DNA from: Chrysomallon squamiferum
Lineage: Eukaryota; Animalia; Mollusca
Assembly: GCA_012295275.1 (NCBI GenBank)
Contig: CM022672.1
Span: forward strand, 12,152,001 to 12,216,000
Length of the DNA: 64,000 nt
Direction of reading: 5' to 3'
Below the pieces are notes generated by a model that worked only from the letters and a program-made list of their open reading frames with translations, was not told where the DNA came from and did not search any database. Made by a program: the position numbers and the translations under genes. Below are positions 40,701 to 53,025 of the stretch, one piece after another (position 1 is the first letter of the stretch; each line of letters starts with the position of its first letter).

Positions 40701-43700
40701 CTCTAAATGAATGTAATATATATATATATACAGTGTTTTTGATATTTTAAATGATATGTTAAAGTGGTTAATTTTGTTTCAGTGTTTCATACAGACAGAT
40801 GGAGTATGAGTGGTAAACACATTGAAGCTCTGTACAGTGACACTTTGTCTGAAAGGTACTCCTTTATCCAAGTTTATTGTAAAACTGATAAAAGGCCTTC
40901 TATGTCACTGTTATTTTTTAAGAAGAAGTTGTCTTTTCTTTGATATAAATGCTGACTTTATTGCAACAGAAATTTTAATTTCTGTTATGTAATTTTAAAA
41001 ACTCCTTTGTTTGAAAAAGAATGGATAGCTGTGTTTATAATAAATATTTTTATCTGGACTCTAATAATTACACTGAATAAATGTAAAATGTTAATAATTT
41101 TAAAATAAAAAACCTAATCCACAGTCTTTTTACACTGACTTTTATTTCTTTTTAAAGGAAGAATGAATACAAACTCGAAAACCTGGTGGGTAAACCAGAA
41201 TCGGGGCCTCCATCTGATTTTAAGACACCTTACAAGAGATCACCATTTGTACCATCAGCTCAGAATACCAGTAAACCAGAAGTGAAGAAGTCCAAAGCTC
41301 CTATATTTTATCCTAAATCTGCCATAAAATGCATTCAGACAAGTAATAAACAGAAAATTTCAACATTTGAAACTCCTTCAGGTCAAGCAGTAGATGGTGG
41401 GACAGAATGTTTTGCAGATGCCAGGCAGAAACAAGAGGAGATTATCAAAGCTAAAAAGAAACAGAAAATTCGTCCAGTTTGTGGAAGGTTGTCTGCATTG
41501 AAGTCAAACCATTCTAGATACAAGTATTCAGATCTGTCACTGCAAACTGATCTTTCTGTGTCACAGGTAGAATTTATGTTTAGAACTTTAAATTTGTCCT
41601 GCTTATTTTTTTATTACTGCACATAAAATATTAGCTTAAATATATGTACACATTTATAAGACAGCAGCACTAGATTAAAATAAATTTTTAAAAATGTAAA
41701 TATATGTATTGTTTCTAGAAGAATTTATAAGTCCAGTTATTACAGAAATCTTGTTAGTTGTATTGCTAACTGTGTTCATTTTTCTTTAGACTTTTATTTT
41801 CTAAAGAAATGCCAGTTCACCACAATTATTTGAGTAACAAAATTGTTTAAGTTCACACTGAGTTACATTATTATTATTTATTTTTCTTCTTTTATATGCA
41901 GAAGTGATAATTTTTTGTTATTTTCACATTGAACATATTAAATTACTGGTTAAATAATCTGAAACTGATCTTCTGTTATTTTCAAAATGTTCTTATGTAT
42001 TTTAGATCTATAACCATTACCACAGAGAAATGATATAATTTCTATTCTTCTTTCCAGTTAACAAATTTTGGCATACATACTTCCACATTTAACATATCCA
42101 GCACAAATGCTCAGAATTATAGATTTGACATGAAACACTTCTATCCCAGCCTTCAATCACATGTCCTTGTTGGAGATGGTGCCTTTCTTGTTGCTGATGA
42201 TAAAGGTTTTTCTGGACATGAAGAATTCTACAGGTCAGTCAAAAATTGTTTAAAAAAAACTTCGGAAACAAAAAATTAAAAACCTAAAGAAATTCCAGAA
42301 TTTTTTTTAAAGTGCTAGCATAATAATTATTCTGTTCAACCCTGATAACAAAAGTATATTGTTATTTATCTTAAATGTGTGCATGTATGTATAAGTATAT
42401 CTATGTTTATGATAATATATTCAGGTCGTTTTTTTCATAACATATTTTGTTTGAGTAATATTTAGGTAAAATTTTAAATTTCTCTTTGAAATATAATAAC
42501 TGATGTAAAATAATAAATGATATAATGAATTTAATATAAATTTGTGCAATATCTTAAATTTGGTGGTTCTGTTTAATACAAATCAGTTTGATTTCAGAGG
42601 TTTCTTAACCATTCAAGGAGTTGACCCATCTCTTGTGACAGAAGCATGGATTACCAACCACTACCGATGGATTGTGTGGAAGCTAGCCACTTACTTTAAA
42701 TAGTTTTTCCCTCCATTTTGGAGGAAGGTATTATCAAATAGAAATCTTTATTTATCTCTTCCTCTGTCTGAATCTGCATTCTTTGACATTTATTTTATAA
42801 CATTATTTTTAGTATGAATAAATTATTATTTATTTTAATGTATGTCCAACAGCTTACTGCTAATGAATATTTGATGTCAAACACTAATATATTTTTGTTT
42901 TATTTGTAATTAGAAAGTCGGAGATGAACACTTATGTCACCTCTTTACTGATTAATAGCAGAAGATACTTTTATCAATAGACAGAAAGCCCATAGTTTTT
43001 AATTCCATTAACCATCAAAGTATTTTTCCCTGACTAACTCATTTTTTTATTTAATATTACATCAAGTCCTTCATGTGCATCATGGTACAAAAATGACTAT
43101 TATATTTTTTTTATTTTTAGATCTCTCACACCAGATTCAGTGATGTTTCAGCTAAAATACAGATATGACAGAGAAATAGACAATTGTCAAAGGTTTATTA
43201 TTTATTATCATTCAGACTTAATAAGGAAAAATAGTTTTTGAAATAATGCTTAACATTTTGAATGTTGTTAATACAATTCCCATAAAGAAAGTGTCCTTTT
43301 CCTCCCTCCCAGAAAAATGTTGAAAAATTTATAAAAAGGCTGGCTTTTATTTTCCATTTATTATTTTACTGTTTGTTGGATGGAGAGAGTGAGGTCATAC
43401 AAAAAAAAAACCCAAACCCATTTAAAAATCTTTTTAAAAATTTAAAAATTAAAATATCAGTTTAAAAATTTACTTAATTATCCTTTTTTGAGTAATCTTT
43501 AAATTAGTTTTTTACTTATTTTATTTTCATATTTCACAAACCCGAGATTTTTTACTTTCTTTGAAATAACAATGATAGTATGGTCTAAAAAAAACCTTTG
43601 CTTAGAAACTTTATTGTCTTATCAAAATTTTGTTTTATTTTCTCCTTCAATCCTTACTGCCTCAATTCACTTATTGAAGTATATTATTAAGGATGACTGT

Positions 43701-46700
43701 TTTTCAGGTCTTGCTTGAAGAAAATAATGGAAAAGGATGACACAGCTTGTAAGAGAATGATCCTGTGTGTAGCAGGAATATCATCTGTGACTCCAGAATC
43801 AAGTGGGACAAAGAAAAACATAAATGGTCCAGAGGTATACAGATATACAAAACTAACATTCTTTATTAAAAACAAGACTTTGATATGTTTTTATTTATTG
43901 TTATTTTGAACATTTTGTCTTTGGTATATAATAATACATTTAAAAAAACTAAATTAAAAAAAGAGCCCTAAAAAAAAGTAAAATCCAAAAATCAAAAGAA
44001 AAACTAAGTTAAATAGATAAATAAATACATAAATAATAATAATAATAATAGTTTAAAAAATAATAAATAAAATTTGAAAAAAAAGTGTTTCTTTTATTTT
44101 AAAAATCAACTGTATATTTTAATATATTTTTAATTATGAAGTTTTCTCTTTATTTGAAATTAAGCTTCTTTTCTTCTACAGGTTTTTCTAGAGCTGACAG
44201 ACAGCTGGTATAGTATTAAAGGAAAAATGGACGGTGCTTTGTTGGAGATGGTGGAAAGAAAACGAATAGTGGTGGGACAGAAACTGTGTATCAGTGGGGC
44301 AGAACTTGGAGGCAGTGAAGATGCCTGTTCACCACTTGAGGTCAGTTTGGATCTCTGATTCAGAGTTAACTGTTAATACTAAAAGATACTTTAGGTACAG
44401 AGAAGGTTAAAATCTTGACCATTATTTGTGGTCATTAAGGATACACATTAATATATTCGGTCAGTAATTAAAAGATTTTGTCATCAATATCAAAAACAGT
44501 TAATTTTTACTTGTCCTCCAATTTTATTTATGTCCTATTAAAAACTGATTATGAGATATTTTAAAATTTATTTATATATTTAATTATTTATTTATTATTA
44601 TGGTTGTTGTTGTTGTTAATATTTTTTCAGATGTTGTTAACTAAATAATATATTCTTTGAGCCCAAATGGATCTAAATTGTCTTCAGAAACATAATCACC
44701 ACATTCAAAAATATTTCTAAAAAAATCTAGGCACATTTTATTTATTTATTTTTGAAAACGCATAAACACTATTTATTTATTTATTTCTTTACTTTTTTTT
44801 TTTAAAATCCAGGCACCAGCTTCTTTGTTTTTGAAGATGTCGATGAATTCCACTCGTCCTGCCTCCTGGGACAGTCAGCCTTGGATACATCTGATTTCCG
44901 TGTCCACTCTAAAGTGTCAATCTGCTCTCTGCATTGTAGTGGTGGCCTTGTTGGCTACGTTGATGCTGTAGTCCAGAGAGTATATCCAGTGATGGTAAGT
45001 ATTCAGTAAAGAAATACAAAAACAGTAAAATCAAAACATGCCCAAACATGTTCAATGATATGAATTTAGATTGTGAATTAAATTGATATATTTTTTTATC
45101 AAATGCATTCTAGATTCCTTTTGCTATGGGATTTTAAAACTATAAAAAAAAAAATATAATGGTTTGTCTATTTCAATATTATTATTAATTCTGTATAATT
45201 ATATATCCATTTTAAAAAAGATGTTCAGTGTTTTTTTTAATATAACCTGCATTATGCAGTTATTTCCTTCCTATTATAATTTAAATAAATGATTTTATTT
45301 TCATTCTGTAGTTTTGGAAACTAAATTACAAATGAATAACTTTTTGTTGTTGTGGACAAAAAATATTTGATTCAGTTCTTGTAGCTGAATCATAGAAAGT
45401 GTTAAAATTTTTCCATTTAAAGAAAACACTTTGTGTGTGTGTGGGTGTGTGTGAGAGTGAATTAGAGTGTGAGTTTGTGTGTGTGTGTATGTGTGTGTGT
45501 TTGTGTTTTTCTTGTATAGACTGATACATGGTACCTGTTATTTGCGTTTTCAGTACATGGAAAAAGAAAAGTGATGGTTCGACAAACATTTCTATTTGGC
45601 AGAGGCTGAGGAGAGAATTCAGCCAGTTTGAACAGATAAAGCAAGTCAAGATGGAGAAACTCTATGACAAGATACAGGCAAAGTTTGAAAAGAAGAAATT
45701 CAAGGCAGGTCAACGGATTTTTATGTTAACTGGGAACTTCTTTTAAAGTTATTTGTTTAAATGAAAATTTGTTTGATTAATTTATTTTGATTTCAGTAAT
45801 ATCCATTGCCTAACCTATAACATTATTTCTTGCAGTAAACAGAAAACCTGGAAGAAAATTACAGAAGACAAGATGTTGAAAGACTGCAGTCAGGACTTGA
45901 AATATTTTGAGGCAGTTGAAAGCTCACTTAACCCTGAAGAATTACATGTATGTACATCTAGGTTGTACTTTTTTTTCAAATTTGAGAACAATAATGGTGT
46001 TGTTAGTTTACATTTGTTAAAATTAGAAAAAAAAAAAAAAAAAAAAAAACTTACTGGTCATGTTACATGCTTGTCTTATAAAGAAGTAAAACAGCTGGTT
46101 TTAATACAGGTGAGCTATAAAGCAACAGAGGCATTCAGATGTAAACTTGCTGGAATATAATCATGTTGATTTTTTATTTTGTTTGTTAACTGTAGAAATC
46201 TGTAAGAGGCTGAATAGCAGAAGTTCAGAGAAGCGTTAGAACACCTTGGCACCTACAAATTCCACATCATAGTTCTGTACTGAAAGGTGTATATAAAAAA
46301 AAAAAATGAATTTTGATGAAAAACTTTGATTTACCAGATGATTTATCTAACGTTATATTCTTAAATAACTGATGTAATTTCTTTTTGCTTTCTTCTAGAG
46401 CTGGCTGAGTGCAGAGCAACAGCATCTGATGGAGGAACACCAGCGTCCGCAGGGAACAGATACAACAGCAGCTGCAAGCTGATTTTTCAGAAAGCTTGGG
46501 AAGAGCTACCTGGGGTGTGTGTCCTCTCCTTTTATTCATTTACTGTCAGATAACAGGCATCAATCCATGCTCGTTATTTAAGCCTAACAAACATCTTTCT
46601 ATAATTTTCAGGCTTAAATCATAGGCATCTATATAGTTATTTAAGTGAATAAACATGTGTTAATAAATGGATGAATAAACAAATAACAAACTAGATAAGA

Positions 46701-48043
46701 ATATTTCAGGGTTTTAGGTGCTTTATTAATGAAAAGCACATGGAATAATTGAAACTAATACCCATTACTTAAGTAAATGTTCTAACACTTTTATTGTTGT
46801 GAAAAAAAAATGTAGTTAAGCAAAAACTCAGTTAAGAAAAAAAAAAACAAAACTGAATTTAAAAAAAGAAGATTTTGATAACTGCTTAATAATAAATAAT
46901 ATTAAAATCAACAGTTAATTTTAATTAAAACCATTTAATGTTAAAGTTTAACATGCAAGTATAGATCAACATTATATATATCTATATGTTTTGTTTTGGA
47001 ATCAACTGAATCTGCTTTTCTAACATAGTGAAGTCTTTACTGATAAATAAGACAAATAATAGTCTAGTCTATACAAAACTGAGAAGTGAGTAAAAAAGCA
47101 AAACAACATTTCTATCAAATTAATTATAAATATATATATATATATATATATTTTAACATTTTTTCCTTTTAAGGATGACAAAGAGAGAAAAGTTACACCT
47201 GTATTGAAGATTCGAATTGTTGGATGTTCAAAACCAGACATAGATTCAAAAACAAGTGAGAATGTTTACGTTTATATTTTCTACAGATATTAATAAGGAT
47301 GATAAAATATTTTGTGTCCATATTGAAATGTATAGATTTTATTTCTTTTCAATACTAAATTATAACTTTGATTGAGTTTATACGGTCAAATTTGTTTTGA
47401 GTGGTGTTAGCCAATTTTATTATTTGTTTTGTGTTAGGGTGCTGAAAATAAACAGACAAATAACATTTTTCTAGACCTCTATTTTAGAAATCTTGACTTT
47501 TTTTGGTTTTTAAATATTTTTTATTTATTTATGAAAATTTTAAATCCATTTTTTATTTTTTTCAATTCAGCTACACTAGTGACCATTTGGAGACCAACTC
47601 CAGACTGGATGGACTTGAAGGAAGGAAAAGATACAAATTTTATAGCCTAACTTCATCATCTGCAAAAGTAACTAATATATTTTGTCCTGAAATTTCAAAT
47701 AACTACTATTTACTATTTTATTAAACTGACAAAAAATATCGGGATCATATTCTGATACATTTTAATATAAGGGAAACAATTTCAAAATCAGTTCATTTTA
47801 ATTTTTTTTATTTACTTTTTAAAAACACTTGATTGTTAATCATTCTTGTTTGTCTCTCTCCATAAGGAAAGTGACTACATAAGCACTGTATTTTAAATAG
47901 TGTTGTTTTCACAGTGATATATTTTCTGTTTTAGAAGTCGATTACACAGTTACAGTGTTCACCTGACAGCAAGTAGACAGAGCTGTGTCAAGGAACAGAA
48001 AATTGATGAAAACTATCTCGATCTCATCTATGAACCAAGAGAG
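31723..48043 (+). CDS. BRCA2: BRCA2 homologue, copy 1; 21 coding exons, truncated by the assembly gap after OB2 and carrying apparent base-call frameshifts
   Basis: Exons: 31723-31825, 32151-32288, 32833-32938, 33397-33548, 33896-33927 (or 33939), 34451-40123, 40461-40508, 40783-40855, 41158-41566, 42058-42233, 42598-42727, 43121-43192, 43708-43834, 44182-44340, 44813-44994, 45554-45708, 45836-45947, 46399-~46514, 47174-47255, 47571-47667, 47935-48043. Motifs: WFDEL (PALB2 site), MSWTSSMETP, FxTASGK BRC repeats, GVDPSLVTEAWITNHYRWIVWKLA, QLKYRYDREID, LKKIMEKDD, ELTDSWY, GQKL, NSTRPASW, VQRVYP, TIWRP, IYEPRE. The start exon is the least certain. Confidence 0.96.
34451..40123 (+). CDS. BRCA2: BRCA2 giant BRC-repeat exon, copy 1 (counterpart of human exon 11)
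   Basis: TAG|GGT acceptor, CAAG|GTTGGT donor. ORFs 34466-38833, 38945-39214 and 39229-40134 join after correcting +1 (~38780), +2 (~38909) and -1 (~39185) indels against copy 2, giving 5671 nt, which fits a phase-0 start and phase-1 end. Confidence 0.93.
38666..39245 (+). repeat. Coding 123-bp (41-aa) tandem array of BRC repeats, copy 1
   Basis: FQTASGK Phe codons at 38672, 38796, 38921, 39044 and 39167. Confidence 0.95.
41158..48043 (+). CDS. BRCA2: BRCA2 DNA-binding domain exons (helical, OB1, OB2/Tower)
   Basis: Hand translation is colinear with the recalled human DNA-binding domain from ARQKQEEIIKAKKKQKIRP to IYEPRE. Several exons between 42598 and 47667 are out of frame by 1-2 nt. Confidence 0.9.
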
Positions 48044-48429
48044 GTAAACATAACAATTTTTAACCCCCAAAATGATTGCAACATGTACATAAACCAGTTA
48101 ATATAAAATGTATATTAGAACCAGCGAGCATTGGAGTTTTATTAGTTCATAATATTATATTTCTTTGGATGGATAATCAGAATGTACCTGTAAAAGACTG
48201 GAACATTTTCATGGAATGCAGTAAAATTAAGAACAAAATAAAATTATGACATAAAGAGAAAATAACAGTGCAATAACTACACAGAATATTGTTTTGGGCA
48301 TGAAAAACTAAAAGTAAGCTTTTTCGCTTCCTTCCACGCTTAATTTGAAAAGGGGAGACTTGTGATTTCATTTTATACAAAACTGTAGAAAAGCTTTTCA
48401 ATGGTGTCTTACTTTAACAGATGTGGAAA

Positions 48430-48629
48430 NNNNNNNNNNNNNNNNNNNNNNNNNNNNNNNNNNNNNNNNNNNNNNNNNNNNNNNNNNNNNNNNNNNNNNN
48501 NNNNNNNNNNNNNNNNNNNNNNNNNNNNNNNNNNNNNNNNNNNNNNNNNNNNNNNNNNNNNNNNNNNNNNNNNNNNNNNNNNNNNNNNNNNNNNNNNNNN
48601 NNNNNNNNNNNNNNNNNNNNNNNNNNNNN
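48430..48629. other. Scaffolding gap (200 N)
   Basis: Directly visible; the round length suggests a placeholder of unknown size. Confidence 0.99.
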
Positions 48630-48799
48630 TTATTTTTTATTAAATCTTACATATGAATTTTTTTTGAGCAGATCAATTTAAATATTTTAAAAATGAATGT
48701 TTTATATTTCTGCCTTAATTGACAATAATATAATATTTATGCCTGAAGTAGTATTTACATTTTATCAAATTAAAAAAAAAAAAAAAAAATTTTGTTTAC

Positions 48800-51700
48800 C
48801 TCTCAATGTCTGAAATGGCAGAGTTGAGAGTACAGGACCAGTTGACGAGTCTGACGCTTCTGTAGATTTTCTTCATCTCATGCAGACAGATAAAAGCTTC
48901 TGTTACAGCCTTGTATAATTTCTGAAACATAAAATTGCTGTTTTAAAATATCAAATTTTATTACTTTCACAATTATATATATATCTTGTAATTCTGCAAA
49001 ATATTTATTCTTTTTTCAACAGATAACATGATTTTGTTTTAAAAAGGTCTGCTTCATGAAAGAGAAATTTGACTGATTAAATATCCTATATTTATCAATT
49101 ATTCTGTTGAAAAGCATCTTTTATTTTATTATTCTTAATGTCTGTGGTGTTATCTTGCATGCTACTTTATGAACTGTGTCCTATTGTAATAACTGTTTTT
49201 GCCATCTCCATTATGAAATATGTCCTACTACAATAATTTTTCTTACTGGCTCCATGGTGAAGCAAGTCCTATTCCAGTCATACGAACCACCAAGTTTTCT
49301 CAGCTGATGGTAAATCTGGTCACCTTTTCTGAAGAATTATTTAAGAAAAATAAAAAATTAAATGGATGAAATATAAAAGACAAATGAATAACTGCTGTAC
49401 AATCCTCTGATTTTAATACGATAACAATTTGTTAATGACTTCTTATTAATTTCAACTCTACTCGAATCAGTGACAATTACCTTTCAAATAAATAAAAAAG
49501 AAATAAAAGAATCCACCTATAAATTAATCGTCTTACTCATTCTTCCATTTCCAGACTTCTTCAACAAATTTCTCTCGCCCAGGTCATGTCGTGACAACTT
49601 CTTCTCCCTCATCAGTTTCTTTTCCACTACAACCTGTGTGGCAATACCTGCGTGATCACACCCTGGATTCCACAACACCATCTTACCCTTCATTCTGTGC
49701 CTTTGAAATAAAAATGTGTAATTCCAGATTAGGTCCTAGAAATGAAATGAACCAATTTTTGTTTTATTTTATTATACCTGTAACTCAGTGTTTGGGGCCA
49801 CGGCATGAAGCATGTTAGGTCATCATAAACACAAAAGCATTATGTTTGTTGCTTAATAACCAAACAATACTAAAATGACTTTTATAGCAAAATTATCTGA
49901 AGGGTAAATACTTAGTAAATTTTGTTGAATATTCACATTTTGTATTAAGATAATTTTTTTTGGGGGTAATTTTCTAAAATATTTTTATTTTTAGATGTAA
50001 AAACAATATTAATCTGTTCTGATGAAGAAAAACACTACTAAAAATAATATTTTCGGACAATAAAAACCAAATATTTAAATTTTGATTATGTGTATTTTGT
50101 TCGTCCCTGTAACATCGTAAATGTAGATAAATACAAAACAAAACAGAAAAACCCTACCATCTTACAAGACAGTCTTGTACAGCACTGGTCAGAGCATGAC
50201 CAAGGTGAAGTTTTCCAGTCACATTTGGAGGTGGAATAACAATAATAAATTTGTCATCATAACTGGTGGTTTGTGGATCTCTGCCCTGAAAGAAAAGTTT
50301 AGAATTAATTATATGTTTATATTATTATAAGAGACAGTTAAATGGCGTGTATAGAAACACTGTTTTCTCTTGGTAAGATGAATCTTTGTATCTATGTACT
50401 TTTAATTTATAAGTTTTGTTTCACAAAACAATCAGAACATGTAATTAAGTTAAAGAAAAGTGAAAGAACGTTGGAATCTTTTATCTTGATATCATTTCAG
50501 ATATAATTATTAGATGTAAAACCGTAACAGACTGAGTATAACATTTTCTCATGATCCTTTATTATTATAATTATTTTTTAAAAGATTAAAGAAAAACCTG
50601 ATCAGTGTATAGAAACACTACTTTCTCTTAGTAAAATGAATCTTTGTATCTATGTACAAATTAAGTTTTGTTTCACAAAACAATCAGGACATGCAATTAA
50701 GTTATGACAAGTTAAAGAAAAGTGTAAGAAGGTTGGAATCTTATATCTTGGTATCATTTTAGATATAATTATTTTTTAAAGTTTAAAGAAAAACCTGATC
50801 TCACTTCACATTAAAAAATCTCTAACATTAAACACTAACATAATTTTATTATTAATTAAATGTAGCAAGACGAAATAATTTGTGAAATCACTAAATGATA
50901 AACTCACTCCATATTCAGGTGTGAAAAAGCCAGTTTTCTCCCACCAGTCATACCAGGCTGCCTCCACATAACTTGGACTGTAGGATTCAGGCATGGGACA
51001 TGATGTATCTAAAAATATAAAATGAATTCATAATTCTGGCCTTACATTTATGTGAAAAAAATAAAGAACTGATAAGAAATTAAATCAAGTATGCATTGTT
51101 CTTAATGTTTAAGTTTAAATTTTGATACCTCTCTCTCTCTAAAAAAAAATTAAAATAACTAAAAATAAAATAAAAAATAACAATTTTGCAGACTAAAAAG
51201 ACACATTAATTCAAAACATTTAATGAAATAAAAATAATAATAAATTTATGATGTGAAAAAGGAAATTGCATGGCAAACAAAAAATACAGTTTGATTTGTA
51301 GACAATATAATTTTATTTTAATGTCCATACTGATTTTTAATTTTCTTTAAATAAATAATCATTCTACACAATGATAGATCAAAGTGGGTGGATAGGAAGG
51401 TGCTTTATCACAATCATATATATATTTTAAAAAAATGCAAAAATAAAAATAACTACCTTTTTGTCTCCTTTCTTAGTTGGAATGTCATAAGTGATAACAG
51501 ACTTCTCTTTCTGTTTCTTCTTCTTTTTTTTCTGTAGAAATATTATTATTATTATTTTATTTTAGTTGAAAAACAAATATATATATATACATTTATAAAT
51601 ACATACTTTCTTATAATGTGTATATACATTTTATAAAAAATAATATTTTGGGTTTTTTTTTAAAAGATTACTTTTGTACTTCATTTTTTTTATTTGCCAT

Positions 51701-52137
51701 GATTTGAGGAAAAATCAAGTGTTCATGGCAAATCCAAGCTTATAAGTTATACCGTACCTCAACACCTTCCTTTTTCATAGCATTCTGCTGAGCTTCTTTT
51801 TCTTTCTTTGCTTTTAATTTTTCTAACTTTTCAGCCTTTTTTTTCTGTCCTTTTCTGCTTTCTTCAAATCTTTGTTACTGGGTCCTTTGTCAATGGAATC
51901 ACCTGGTAAATCGTAACTAAATATTTTACAATTATTATGACATTTCTTTAAAACAATCTGATTATTTCCTAATGTACTGATTCTGATTTAATAGACCGAA
52001 TATGATATCGGAGTTGTGAGAACTTCAACTAAACGAAAACAGAATATAAGGTTATATAAAGTACAATATTTACCTGCTTGTCCCATAACAGCTGATCCAT
52101 CAGTATTCGAATTTGTTTTATTATCGCTGTCCGACAT
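48800..52137 (-). CDS. VARS1: ValRS copy 2, exons 1-8 only (partial, cut by the gap)
   Basis: ATG at 52135-52137; same exons as 27436-30828, e.g. [29 protein letters not shown] and the HLGH exon; several small indels relative to copy 1. Confidence 0.9.
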
Positions 52138-53025
52138 GACTTTTACTGATTCGTAAGTTATAAAATAGTTTACTACAAAACAGTTTATATGTTAAAAATT
52201 GATCTTGCAATACGTTGCAAGAGAAACAAGCACATGTAAGATCCACCAATACTTCCGGTTTAAAATTGCCACGGCTTGCATCATTGTACAATAAATCAGC
52301 AACTGTATGGTATAGATCTGATATAAAATGACCTGTGTATTGCTTTCCTTTATCAGTTAAGCAGATTCTGTTTTTTTTAAACAATCAAAATTGCTAAACC
52401 TTGTTTAGACTACCCAACTCGTATCAGGATATTCAGGCCGTTACCGGTGCTCAAGATTATTGGATTGAAAGAAAACAAAACATAAATATTAAAATATCAA
52501 TGTTACATGGCGCCTAATTCGATTGAATCTGTTGTACATCTCACTTCCTTCTATTCATCAAAATTCAGTACTTCAGACTATTTAAAAAAAATACACTTCA
52601 CATAGCTGGTATGGATACACTTTTGATTTTGTAAATGTTCTATTAATCACACTCTATTAAAAAAAACGTTACAAAGTGATTTTTATTTTAATGTTTTTAA
52701 CTTTTTGTTTGTTTGTTTTGCAGTTATATCATCGACATCTAGACAATAATTTCTAAGTAAATTCACGAATTCATGTCAATTACAAAAAATAATATATTGA
52801 ATATTGTAATGACGGTTCTTTAACGGTTTTTTGAATATATACTATGGTATAGTATATATAATTATATACATGCCATACATGCCATACAGTGATACACACA
52901 TACATACATACCCATATTAATCCATTCTGCAAACCATTTAAAGTTAACAAAACAATTGTATTTTTTAAATTTTCTTTTTCTTTCTTTATTCAGGATAAAA
53001 GTTAAAGTATTCCTCGTAATACCTG
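52138..53025. promoter_or_regulatory. Bidirectional promoter, copy 2
   Basis: Near-identical to 30829-31722, with the same motifs. Confidence 0.75.

Noticed and set aside
44191-44211. ELTDSWY instead of the conserved OB1 ELTDGWY
   Set aside because: A single-base difference in an error-rich contig end with no second copy in the window; cannot be trusted without reads.
48401-48681. ORFs containing X runs
   Set aside because: Artefacts of translating the N gap.
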